NCBI GenBank assembly: GCA_029953675.1
Contig: JAMWBK010000001.1
Coordinates: 1,922,001 to 1,986,000, forward strand
DNA: 64,000 bases
Direction: 5' to 3'
From: Rhodosorus marinus CCMP1338
Lineage: Eukaryota; Plantae; Rhodophyta
In this document: piece by piece, positions 23,885 through 35,859 of the stretch
How positions within the stretch are numbered: position 1 is the stretch's first letter
Layout of the letters: the number at the start of each line of letters is the position of its first letter
Notes under the pieces: generated by a model
Databases searched by the model: none
What the model was told of the DNA's origin: nothing
The model's input: the letters and a program-made list of their open reading frames with translations, nothing else
Program-made: the position numbers and the translations under genes

Positions 23885-25346
23885 ATGGTGTCTAATGCTG
23901 TTATTGATTCCCATCTTCATGTCTGGAGGAAGGCCAGTGATGCTGAGTTCCACCCCCATCCGGACCATCCGCCGGTAAGTGAACACTGAAGGGATCTCCG
24001 CGTTGAATCTTCTCAGAGAGATTTCTCTCTGCTGGATCGCTGAAAGTTCTTGGCTCCTTCTGCTTTTTTCTGGATTCAGCCAGAGAACATTCAAGGAGAT
24101 GAGGATTTCCTTCTCTCTGAGATGGAGAAGGCAGGCGTGCAAACCGCTGTCCTCGTCCAGCCGATAGTTTACAAGTTCGACCATGCTTATATTGGCAGTC
24201 TGATCAAGTCCAAACCAACACGTTTCGTGGGCATGGCGCTTGCAAACACTTCGAGTGGCCCCGATGTGGCTCAACAGCAGATGGAAGCGCTGGTCGCAGA
24301 TGGATTTCGAGGTGTTCGCATAAATCCCAACTTGCTCACGAAAGGGGAAACTCTGTCAGGACCAACTACTCAGGCGGTCCTCAGCACCGCGGCGAAGCTG
24401 GATATCCCGGTTGCAATGTTCGTGCAGCCAGTTCACTTCCAAGATCTAAAAGATGTCCTGACAATCTCACCAGGAGCTAAAGTAACTACTCGTCGATGAA
24501 GAAGCACTCCACAGAAGTGACCAGCGCCTCTTCTCACATCATTGCTCCTGCTTTTCCGCAGGTTCTAATCGACCATTTCGGATTCTGCAGACCTGTCGGA
24601 GATGATGACCACTTCCAAATTCTCCTCAACATCCTCGAACAGTTTCCAAACACTTTCCTGAAGACCTCAGCTTTCTTTCGCTGTTCTAACGAGCCATATC
24701 CGTACAAGGTATGTTCTTCAGGTCTTCAACCAGGAACGACCCAAAGCAAGTCTTCTAACGCTTCCGTTTTTCTGACCCAGGATATGTACCCGGTAAGTGC
24801 TCCGGAGGCTATGAACCAAAACCTACAACTAGTCCGTCGCCATCGAAACCATGCTGAGCTAGCTCCCTAGATGGCTCTTGGTCATCTGGAGAGCTTGCTA
24901 CTACAGACGCAAGTTACCTTGTCATTCTGCACGATTGCGTCAGAACGAAGGTCTTGAACATACTAGTCCCAGTGTATCAATGCCTGACTAAACCTCTTTC
25001 GCTTCTGCCTGCTGCTTGTTGTCTGTTGCTTTCTCAGTGGATGAATGTGCTTGTGGAGAAGATCGGAGCAGATCGGATGATGTGGGGAAGTGACTTCCCT
25101 TGGGTATTGGAGCAGGTGAGCCTCGAGCGGAAAGTCGAGCACAATGTCCAGTCGTAGACAGATATCCACAGCATGTGTTTTTTACCGTAGTTTTGTTTTT
25201 GGTTTAACCGACGTCCCCTTTCTTTTACGGTATGGAAGTGTGGATACAAGGAGGCGTTCGACTTCGCCGCATCGATCCCAGGGCTGTCCGAAGAAGACCG
25301 AGAGAAGATACTCGGCGGCACATCGAGCACTCTATTTAACCTGTGA
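23885..25346 (+). CDS. Amidohydrolase_2 family TIM-barrel hydrolase (LigI/lactonase-like), multi-exon
   Basis: IDSHLHVW metal motif, GVQTAVLVQP, FRGVRINP, VLIDHFG, MMWGSDFPW and KILGGTSSTLF. Includes a 12-nt exon at 24781-24792. Confidence 0.88.
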
Positions 25347-25498
25347 ATGACTGTTTCATTGAGGACCTTTTTCCAATGTCCCTGCTGCATCGATGGATTT
25401 TGCGCTTCTGGGGTCATAGTAAAGGCGGAGATGCGTCGCATATTTTGTACATTATTCCTCATTGTGGGCGATCGTATTTTGAGGTTCAAGCCGAGGTT

Positions 25499-26435
25499 CT
25501 AGGTCTCAACTGCGGACTCGCTCACGATGTCGGTCGCGAGGACTGTTCGAAACTCTTCAGCCAAAGCCCTGAAGAATTGAACAGAAAATCAACCAAACGA
25601 GCCGTTAGAGAGCTTGCCTGGATGGATTGTGGGTGCTGATGAGTAGGGTATGAAAACGGTGTCCCCTTCGGCGTACTCAGTTTTCAACTTCAGGAGCCCC
25701 AACTCGACGGAAAGATCTCCTTTTAAGCAGATCAGCAGTGATCCCACTGGAGCCGCGCATAATCGCCCACCCTGATCGCAGGGCAGAATCCAGCCAAAAA
25801 GGTCACGCGAGTTGAGAGAAGATCGTACTATGTTTGAGGGGTTTGAGGAGAAGAAAAATTAGAATCGATAGCTTACCTCACATTCGACGATCATTGAGCG
25901 CAAATTGCTTCTCAAGCTTGAATCTCCGCCGTCGAGTTCCGACTCCGTCTTCCCCAGTGAATCTGCCGTTTCCTCCGCAAAGTTGAACCACATCCCGGCG
26001 CAGATCGCTCCCACCAACTTTTCATCACTAAAAAGGGCCCAACAAGAAGGGACGCAGTCTGAGTACCAATCACATAACGAAATAGAAGCTGGCAGGTTGT
26101 CTGTCTCCCTCCCTTACTCAAAGTACTCAGCATCCGGGCGGTCCTGCTAGCTCATCGACAAATCCAAGTTTAAAGACGGCAGTGGCATAGGTTTAGAACT
26201 TCCATCTTCTTAAATAATCAAGCCAGAAAAAAAAACCAATATGTCGATTTTCCCTACCGAGGAGGCTAGCATGATCCCATCCGAACGAAGAAGAATTGCA
26301 TGCTGCACGCCACCGGTGCAAACCTGTTTCCAGAACAAAACGCCCTATGCACTGAGCTAGAACAACCTGACCCGAAGGAAAAAGTTGAGCGCTTACCTGA
26401 GATAGGAACAGAGGCAAAGCCTTTGGCCTTAGCAT
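25499..26435 (-). CDS. LAMTOR2: Ragulator subunit LAMTOR2 (Roadblock/LC7 domain), 6 exons, ~148 aa
   Basis: Exons 26435-26397, 26323-26258, 26143-26118, 26027-25877, 25771-25677 and 25568-25499 give MLRPKALPLFLSQVCTGGVQHAILLRSDGIMLASS...LVGAICAGMW...MIVECEGGRL...LLICLK...LGLLKLKTEALAEE. This parallels animal LAMTOR2 ([35 protein letters not shown]...). Confidence 0.9.
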
Positions 26436-27600
26436 CATCCTTATTACACCCGTGTGTTTCTGTACGAGCCCTCTACAACTATCCTTTCGAAGAAGATAAC
26501 GAAGGCTGCAACCCAAGACCAACCTTTGAAGAAGGCACGAGGAGAGACCTTTATACCCTCTTTCTTTCCGGTGAAGTCCCGCTGCGTACGAACCACCGCG
26601 AAAACCTTTGAAGATGATGACAAAGAAGAGAACGACTCCGATCGGCGTGGATGTGGTAAAGCACCAATAGCTCTAATCCATGAAATGCTCGCCTTCGGTC
26701 TTAAGAAGTAGTGTAGTGCCATAGTGTCGTCCAGACTCGAGGGAATCGCTTTTGGGGTACGTTGAGGACGTTGAGACTTCAAGACTAGAACTTCGAGGGT
26801 CGATTGTGCATGTGTGTGTGTTTGTGCAGGCTCCAAATCGCCAACCCTGGGCGTTGGGTGTTTTTAATGTCGCTGGAACCATCGCTGGAACCTGCGCAGG
26901 ATCGTCTGGATGGGCATGTTGACGGAGAAAACGAGGATCTTCCCCAGTCAAACTGCCGGAGAACCACACTAGCGGAAAATCTCGAATCTCGGCCGTACGA
27001 TCCTCCACACATGGCCAGAAGATCTTCAGTGAACATGAGCAGACGTGCCTTCTGAATTGGTCATCAGACCTTGAACAGTAGAAGGAGAAATAGATGACGG
27101 GCCAACTTCTGATCCCGTTCTATGACTCCACGTTGAACGACGGACCAAACGGAGTCACCTCCATTTGTTCACACACACATTATGCAGGAGTCTATGATGT
27201 ACGCTAGCAGCTAGCTGTTGAACTATTTCCCAAGCCATTGGTGGACCCATGTTAGTAGAGCTCATGTATCGAAAGCGATGACCCCTGAGTCTGTTCTCAG
27301 TTCATGCAACAGCGCGTTTGAGGCCTTGAGGAAAAGATCTCAGAGCTCTATACTTCTCACCGTCCTCTTCCCCCGCAGCTGTGTACATATGTTGCCACTC
27401 TCGAAAACTACAACCAGTTCATATACCATTTTACTTTCGCTACCTGAATGATATTCCTCTTGTGGGCTAGGGATCGGGTGGTGACCGGGATTCTCGTCGC
27501 TTTCCCTCTGCAAAGTGGAATAATGTCCTCAAGGCTTATTTTATTACAGACGCAAAAACCAATTCCAACTATCCTCTGCTACTCACCTCATATCTTCACG

Positions 27601-27654
27601 CAGTAAGGACGGGCGAGGACTGTAGACACCTACAGTCCTCGCCCGTCCTTACTG
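27601..27654. repeat. Perfect inverted repeat, 25-bp arms with a 4-nt loop
   Basis: CAGTAAGGACGGGCGAGGACTGTAG-ACAC-CTACAGTCCTCGCCCGTCCTTACTG. Confidence 0.95.
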
Positions 27655-28035
27655 TGTAACCGGTTCGCGTATAGAAGAAACGAAATACAGAAAACCAACG
27701 AAAAAGGAAACAGTCTACACCGCAAATGGTACATTAGCATCCATTAGACTTCCCCGTAAACCAACAGGAAGAAGAACGAGTGGGTTGGGCTCGGTGTGGA
27801 AACCTATTCATCCAGACCTTTCCCCCAGGACTTTCGCGTTTCTCTACCTTGGCACGCGCTTCAAGGAAACTTCAGCCAGCGCCGCTGACCATGTTTGACG
27901 CCTTAGGCCATTCAAGGCAGTTTCAGTTCCAGCGGAGAGGAAACCAGCCAATATGATATTTAAAATAAGCTGGAAGTCGTCACCTGGGTTTTCCACTCTC
28001 CTTCGCTTCCTCTACTGCCCGACGACGGTCTTGCG

Positions 28036-29477
28036 TCAGTACTGAGTGGGGAACGACATTGAAAGAAGTTCCATCTTCGCTACCTCATGATGTTTCACCT
28101 GAGAGTACTTTCTTCTCACGGCAGTTAGTCTCGAGTTGGGTGTACTGCTGGCTACTAAATTGTACATCACTCGAACAGTCTCCATCAGTTCCTCTTCCCT
28201 AAAACCAGTATAGTGCTCGAGCGTCTCGTTCCACACCATCGAGCTGGTCTGTTTACCGCTTAGGTAGCAGGCTGAAGCTGCAAGTTGACTTGGAACAATA
28301 CCGACGAGTCTGTGCGCGATGAACCAGAGAAAAAGGGTCTCTTAGAGAAGTTCTTAAACGCTAACGGTCGCCTCGTAAGTACTAAAGCAGTTCTCACCTG
28401 TACTCCTGCTGAGCGAGCTCTAAGCAATAGGTTGCATAGCTTGCGGACTTTTTGTTACAACCCGCAGCCTTCATGAATCGCGCAAGGAACACGTTTGGCG
28501 AAGGTGTTGTTACATTGAATCCAAGCCTATTAAGGACTGTCGCTTCCATCTTAAGAATCTCTTCTCTCGTATACGCTCGATCGGAGATGTAGACAAAGTC
28601 GTTTGTTTCAGGAGCGTAGATTTCGTGATACTTGCTGGCAATGAGCATCGAGCTCACGCCGACAAGCTGAAGCTTCTGGCGGACGACCTTCTCCGTACTC
28701 AGAAAGCGGTCAACCACATTTACAGTTAGAAAAAGCGTATCCGGAGATAGCTTGAACTTTTGATGTACATCAACGAGCCAGTCTACTAGAATGGATCGCA
28801 TCTTGTCACTCAGATCAGGTTGCTGAGACATGTAGTCTTTTGAAGGTAGATACTTGGCCTCTACTCGCTTCCAGTGATCAAAGATCTCCTTGACGTATTC
28901 AGAACAGGCAAGGTGATCCTGATGGTCATTGGCGTCTATGTCTAGAACATTTCTCAACTTGATTTCGGCCATCCGCTCGTTGAGATCATTGGTAACGCTC
29001 GTTTTGGGCTTTCGGGTCCCGTGGTCGGGTTCTAGGCTCGATTGGTACTGCCTTCGCTGCTCGACTGAGACATCTCTTCGGTTGGGCATTGACCTCAGAG
29101 AGCCTTGACTCGGTTGAGTTCTGCGCAGAGAGGAAGACTTTTCCTGAGGTTTCGAAGCCAGCGGAAGTCGCTGTGCATTCGTCTACAGAAGAAGATGAAC
29201 AGCGCACAACATTCAATTGCATTTTCTTCAAGTGAGCACACGAGGATGCAGGAGTAGCAAAGCGAGCACGTACCGTCTTCTTTTCCTGAGGATACCCGTT
29301 TCCTCCATTGATAACGGCATTGTTGGTGATATCACCAAGAGCTCTCTTGGCCACATTACCACCACCTCGTTGGCTCTGGCGAAGTGTCCGTTTGCCCGGT
29401 AAGACTTCATTGTTCTCGGACGTTCCTTGGTGAGCCGATCGCAACCTCGTTGAGTACCTCCCTCCCCCCGCTTCCAT
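28036..29477 (-). CDS. CYCB: B-type mitotic cyclin, multi-exon
   Basis: D-box RALGDITN and cyclin box MRSILVDWLVDVHQKFKLSPDTLFLTVNVVDRFL...LQLVGVSSMLIASKYHEI. Confidence 0.92.
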
Positions 29478-29675
29478 TGTAAAACCCGCTCCCGAAACCA
29501 GCGAACGCTTCACTTCCGCTGCGACCTCTCTCCGCCCTACACCGACCTAAGCTGCTCTCCTTTCCTCTGATACCTGGCTAGCTTTGCATGACGGCAACCA
29601 TCTGGTTAAACCTTTTTACTACCACAAATAACCGTTGCGCGAAAACCAAACCACGACTATTGAGTATACTCATGT

Positions 29676-29930
29676 AGAGCGCACAAGCTACTCCCCAAAG
29701 ACGATCCCTTTTAACAAGCCCGATATACCAGGCCCAGGCCTTTGCCGAAGTATCCTCCCGCTGCTCTACCAAGCTTATACCCCCCACCCACCAGAATATG
29801 CTGATATCTGTTCTCAAGCGCACATAGCCCAGAGCGCACAAGCTGCTGCCTCGCGACGATCCCCTTTAACAAGCCCGAATACCGGATCCTGGCAAAGTAT
29901 CCTCCCGCTAGCCTGCAAGGCTTATACCTA
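29676..29930. repeat. Diverged tandem duplication, ~155-bp period, upstream of cyclin B
   Basis: Blocks agagcgcacaagct, gacgatccc, tttaacaagcccga, aagtatcctcccgct and gcttatacc each occur twice in the same order (first block at 29676 and 29831). Confidence 0.75.
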
Positions 29931-31947
29931 ACCACCCGACCAGAATTTCAGCGTACCCGCTCTAAAGTCCACACAGCCCAGCTTTTTCCGTTACGAACGT
30001 TTTAATGAGGTTCTCTACCGCATGATTCAAGCCTGTCTGCCTTGGAAGCTCAATCACGACACCCTTGCCCTTTACTGGATGGCAAACTTCACCGCTCCAG
30101 AAAGTTTTCCCTCCACATCTCTACCATAACCGTATCATAACAGTCATCAGCAAGGAGCACCTGTACCAAACACAGATTTTCATAAGAATCTACGCCCCTG
30201 ATCACGCTTACAACAGACCTCTTCCAATCCGCCCGGCTCCTCTTCCTCATTGCCCTGTTTTTGATCAATTGAAAAATCTCCTTTTTGAGGTTTATTCAAT
30301 CCGATCATTTCCTTTCAAATAAACTACCCACCACCCTTTCCTCCAATTTATTGTTGGCCAGAAGCCCATTTTGGTAACGAGAAATATCCGTCTAATTATT
30401 ACTCAGTACATGAAAATTTAGTCATACCCCCCCAAAAATTCTGGTAAGACTTTTGCTTATTGTCTAGGCCATCTCCGAACCCCCTTTTGGAAAGATGGAT
30501 ATTTTTTTGACCGAATTGTTCTAGCCGTTATTTCCATTTGAGAATTCTGGTCGCCACTTGACGAAGAATGAATGAATACATGAAATGATTTCAGGCTTTT
30601 ATTGAAAACTGGATATATTATTTCGTTATATTAAGTTTCTCATACTATATTTCATATGAAACAGTGGATGAGATCGTCTATGATATATTTATGGCTTAAT
30701 TATTTATAAAATACATATAAAAGATGAAAGATATTTTACTTCTTTTTACCATAGTAGATCAATATTGCTTCTTCATTGGATAATACCGTCTGGTTTTTTC
30801 TTTGTTTTTATGCTTTATAAGAAAAAAAATCTATAAAAGAATAGCTCGTTACGCACAGAGCCTCCATGGGGCTGACAAACAAATTCGCGTCCAAGTGGTT
30901 ACCACCATAACCTTACTATAAAACCAATAAACATAGACCTAATTACTATATAATTATTACAATAAAACATATTTATTATAGTTTATAATTTCATCAAAAG
31001 AAAAAAAACAATATGAAACGTCTCTATGCATAAATCCCTCATATTTAGGTCAAAACGTGGGTTCCTGCTTTAAAACCGACTTTTTCCCCACTATCGTTAA
31101 GAACCAGTACAATCAATACTTTCGTTCTATAGAGTCACTATATTAGTCAATCAATATATATCGTTTGTTGATATTATATAATATTATTCTCATACGATTC
31201 AGTCGTTTTCGAGAAAACATTAGTAATTCGCCATGACACTTAGTGAGAAACTCTATGGTTGACCCTTATAGAACGGTACCTAAGATCCAAGGGGATTTGA
31301 TTTCCTAAGAAATAATCAAAAATACTATATCCCTGAAACGGTCAAAATGATAGGCACTTAATGAAAAATGGGGTTGTTTTTCAATCGACATTTTTGTCTT
31401 CTTTTTGGGATCATTTTGTAATGAAGTCTAAATGGCAGTTACATCGTATTTTGAATTTCGTAAAAAATATAGATGGGCGGGAAAAGGGATGAAGAAGGAA
31501 GAGGGGGGAGAGATTGGTTAAGACATCCGGGCACGTTTTCCGTTGGAGAGGAGGGTTTCTTCATACGGAGAAGGGAATTTTTGTAATGGCCAAACACGTT
31601 TTACTTAGTTTTAAAACGCGTGGTAGAGGAGTGCTGGTCATTGATTGGTCGTCTATGACTGCAACGATGAAGGGAGTGATTGGAAGTGAGGTCAGCGCGG
31701 ACTGAAGTCTCTCGCCCCTAGATGACCTGTCTTTCGTCCGTGGGCAGACAGCCCTTTGCCTCACGATCGCGAGAGCATGAAGATTGGGCCGCTTACAGTG
31801 CGGGTTTAGGGAAGCTCAGCGAGAACTTCCTCCGATGGCACGGATGCGCTGCTGGGTGAAGCACATGCCCGATGCCGCAGAGTCGTCGGAGCTGAGGGAA
31901 CTGAGTATGCTTGGTTAGACAAACGAAAAAGATTGCAGCAAGTCAGT

Positions 31948-33420
31948 CTGCTGGTTTTGCATGTGTCCTGAGATCACAAGCCAAACGAGATGTTTTGAAT
32001 TTCGATGACAAGGCTGTGAACGTAAACCCCACACACCGGATGAAAGCTCTCCGACACCGAAAACTTGTCCAGCACAAGCAGGGTCATCGAACTTCCTTTT
32101 GAATGTATTAGGCACCTTCGAGGCACACAAAATGCTTTGTACCCAAACCCCCAGTCTTGCGAGCCAAGATCATCCGGTTCCGAATCGTCCACCCCAGTGA
32201 ACCCCGTTGGTTGGATCCTGGAGGCTCTACGATATTTTGGTAAGAACGCGGGAGGTACGGATGCCATACTTGAAGATCTGACCTCTTCGGATTGTGCCTC
32301 CCGAAAAGATGCGGAAGAGTGACAAGGTCAGTTCCGAATCTTATTCTTTTGCTTCGCTTTGTTCACCGTGGCGTTCGCCCTCACTCGGTGAGAGTGCTTT
32401 CACGCTTGATCTCTTCAACGCAGTTGAGCGCGCAAGCCGACGGAGCATTGTTCGGGCAATTCCGGACGCCGAAGGATAACGTAGCTACTCATATACCTGG
32501 AAATTGCGGCTATGTGCGGTGCACCTGGCAGTAGAAAACCACCGTGGGGAAGCGGGGAAGCTATGCAATGAGAGCACCCCCAGTTGCAAGAAGAGGCACG
32601 AAAGCAGGAGAACACTACCATTTTCATGTAGAGCTGTCTGGTCCTATGGAGGTCAGATCTTTGTGAGGAGCTTCGTATGGCTTGGCACATGTGGATGACA
32701 CTTCACAAAACACGTGGACCCTTTCCCTATCTCCAAAGGACGGTGGCGAAACATGAGTTCATCAAGCTGCTGGGTTGTCTAGAGAACCAATTCTTCCGGG
32801 TGAAGAACCTCCGCACCGACAACGGAGATGAATTCAAAAACATTGTCGCACAGGATTTTACAGATAGCAAAGGGACCGAACATCAGAATAACCCGCCGTA
32901 CACACCACAGGCAAATACCATTTAGTGTGAAAGGCGCCCAAGCCATTCGGGAGATCTGACGCCACATCAAAATTCTGGTCTTCCGCCGCTGTACTTCTTG
33001 TTCGGGGTTAACTTCCCCATCACGATAGTATGATCCACTGGCCGATCCTTCTTAGACCCCATCCACTTCTTTGTGAACAAGTCACTCTTCTTCGTGCGAC
33101 AAGATGCTTGGGACCCTGGTCTGTCATAGCATACAATGATAGAACTTCTGTTGTGACCCTTTGAAGATGCGCTCCTTTCCAAGCTTAGGGCGTCTCATCA
33201 CCCCCATTGGCGACCCAGGCAGAGCATTCAACGGAAAAGTGCAAGCCGGCAAAACGCTTCAGGTTCGCATCCATTCCAGCAAGACAGGGGTTCCTCGTCT
33301 ATTTCGTCATACTGCTCATTCATCGCCACCCGAATTCAGATGAAGCAGAACTTCTTCACAGAAACAGGGCACATGTGGATGTTCACATCGTTTCTGATAA
33401 GGTACTGCAGAAGCTTGAGC
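31948..33420 (+). mobile_element. Decayed Ty1/copia retrotransposon relic
   Basis: Degenerate motifs in copia order: knuckle-like CWFC..., protease-like GWILEAL, integrase FHVELSGPMEVRSL*GASYGLAHVDDTSQNTW and VKNLRTDNGDEF...HQNNPPYTPQAN, FWSSAA, and RNase H-like LLHRNRAHVDVH. Many stops and frameshifts. Confidence 0.8.
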
Positions 33421-33796
33421 CTATGACTCTCCGAGTTGGAGAGAGGTTCACATCCTTTTGAGTAGCCTTTCCTGTTTCGGCTTTGTATAAATAGCACGAT
33501 TTCTGCCCCCCCCCCATCTGATGTGCGCGCGTTTCTCGTTCGGGCTTGGGATGCTGAACGTCGTCCATGATCGTCTTCTTCGTCAGGAGTGCCCAGGGAC
33601 TGGAAAGAAAGTTTGAGCACATGGGATCGATGTACACGTTGGGAGCTGCTTGAGTGGGGTTAGAGGTTGAAGGGGTTGACCTGAGTCCAGGAGGCTTGAC
33701 TGGAAGAGCAAACGAAGAATGTGGTAGCCGTAAACCTGTGATCATCGTGTGTTTAGCGCTTTCGAGGTGGACTGGACCTTCTCTCCAGGAGACACG

Positions 33797-34638
33797 ATGT
33801 CAGAAGGGAGCAGAGTTGAACAGCAGAGGAAGGGAGTTGTTTCCATGACTTCCTTACGAAGTCTCGGAAGTCGCACTTTTGGTTTGAATTTGGGCAGACA
33901 TGAAGATCATGATGATGGCAGCAGTTCGGAAAGCTCGGACAGCGATTTTGGGCCCCGATCGCATATGGACGAGGGTTCGTTTCGAGGAGTTGCGTCTACG
34001 TCTAGCGTTGGTGAAAGCCTGGGTGGATCTCTTTCTGTGTCGCGGATGCCGCTTTACAAATCAGCGTCACTCACTCCAAGTGCGAGTGGCCATGCCTCAG
34101 GTTCACTACCTCCGTTTGAGCAGTTTATTGAACATCAACTGGATAGAGTCAGGGAGCAATTTGAAAGCAACAGAAGCAGAGCAGTGGGTAAGATTAGCAT
34201 CAGCGAAAGGTTCGGTTGTTTTATATATTCCGCGAAGCTGACAAAGCTCGTTTTTGTTCGCTGGGAAAAGGTGGAACCCCAGCTGAAGTTTTGCAAGACA
34301 TGGAGCACCTTCAAAAGAAACAGCAGGATATCCTTGTCCGTCACGTGGAACTGGAGAAAAGCGGACCGGTAGGAGCATTGGGGAAGCTATCTGATCTACC
34401 TAAAGAGAAGATCAAAGAAACGATGTTTTCTCGGGATGAGCAAGCCAAGGCTATAGTATTGGATTTGCGGATCTTGTCGGACGACATCCAGGCTCTCTCG
34501 GAGAAAATTGAGAGCAGCAAAATCGGAACCGAGACGCATGTATGGAGACCGGAAGATCCAGTCGAACTGTCTGAGGAAGACAGCGGCGACGAGTACAGCA
34601 GTATAGACTTCCAAAGCCCTAGAGATGATAGCTTCTAG
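33797..34638 (+). CDS. Hypothetical protein, Ser-rich N-terminus and coiled-coil C-terminus, 2 exons
   Basis: Overlapping ORFs 33749-34372 and 34216-34638 joined by a gtaaga...aaaag intron; heptad-like LRILSDDIQALSEKIE. Confidence 0.6.
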
Positions 34639-34789
34639 GAGGCGTCTTTTAGAAGGCTGCAATGTGAGTGCTTCTCAATCGTCAATCCAGACTTCAGGAT
34701 CATGAACTCTGGATTCCCAGGAACTTGATGTGCTATTTTGAAAGAGGGGAAAGATCTCCGTCCAGGTCCGAGAGAATGTTTCCAGGATC

Positions 34790-35365
34790 TTCCGTTCTCA
34801 AGGACGAAACGAATGAGTTTGAGGGAATCGTGGTCTCGAACGTGGCTCGTGGCAAAAGCTCACCTTGTGCTTGGCTGAAGGCTTGAACTCACAGAGGACT
34901 GGGTTGAACACCGTACGAGCCTGTACAAATAACGGAATGTGGCGTGTAGTGTGCTTTGTGGAGGAACGGTACCCTGTACTTGCTCTAAGGCATAGACTCA
35001 TAGATGAGTGACTGGACTTGATACCAGCTTTGCATTTACAGCAGCAGCGGAAGGTGACCTCTGGTACGGTTTATGGAGGAACGTCGCCGCGCACTTGGCC
35101 AAAGGCACCAACTCAGAGACGACAGGAGTCAGCATCGAAAGAGTCTGAACAGTGAGGGAGTGTGGTCTGGAGTGTTGCTTGCGGATAACCGTCGCTTTGT
35201 CCTTGGTCGAAGAAAACGATTCCCAAACGACTGGACATGGCACCCCTATTGTTCTGGAACGGTGACGGATAGTGGCCTGTAGTATGCGTGATGAGAGCGA
35301 GGCCTTGTACTTGGTCGAAGGCATGGGCCACGCGCGACTGGACTTAACACCGTACGAGTCTAGAG
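34790..35365. repeat. Degenerate tandem array of ~108-bp units (about 5 copies)
   Basis: Recurrent gactggac/gactggg at ~34897, 35010, 35229 and 35337, and cttg(t/g)(a/g/c)cttgg...aagg blocks spaced 108-113 bp. Confidence 0.7.
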
Positions 35366-35859
35366 TAACGATTGTACATAGATTTTTTTTTCAACTGGTG
35401 GAGCGAGAGCTTGAAGGAAGGTTGCGTCAACAAACAAGATGACGTTGGAGGTGCGATCGGGATAAGTTCGTAAAGGATAAGTTCGTAAAGGAATAAGCAG
35501 TATTGCAGTGTATAGTAGGGCTCACGGGCGTGAACATTGCGGAACCCCGGGAAGGAGATGATCCAATCCCGACTGGAAAACGAAACCAATGCGTTCGTCG
35601 GGCTAAAGGTAATGGTTCTGAGGAGGATTCTGGTATTGGCGTTACTCTGACGCTCTCGAGTGGTCTTCAGGCTTCCCGCTGTCGGTGAAAGTTTTTCCGT
35701 AGGACGTATTCTTCAAAATTTATTTTTTCTTTATTGTTTTGTGAGAATATATTCTCTTCGAGAGGCGTCAGTAATTATCTTCCGAATCCAAACTAGTTTG
35801 GATTTCCTTTTTCCGCGGAGCGTGTTTAAAAAGAGGATTTTGGAAGGAGCACTGAGAAG

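Noticed and set aside
26440-27450. Several overlapping 80-130-aa ORFs on both strands upstream of LAMTOR2
   Set aside because: No recognisable motif and no phase-consistent exon chain could be built, so they were left unannotated.
34790-35365. CRISPR-like interpretation of the ~108-bp periodic array
   Set aside because: The units are diverged along their whole length with no invariant repeat plus unique spacer, there are no cas genes, and the context is eukaryotic.
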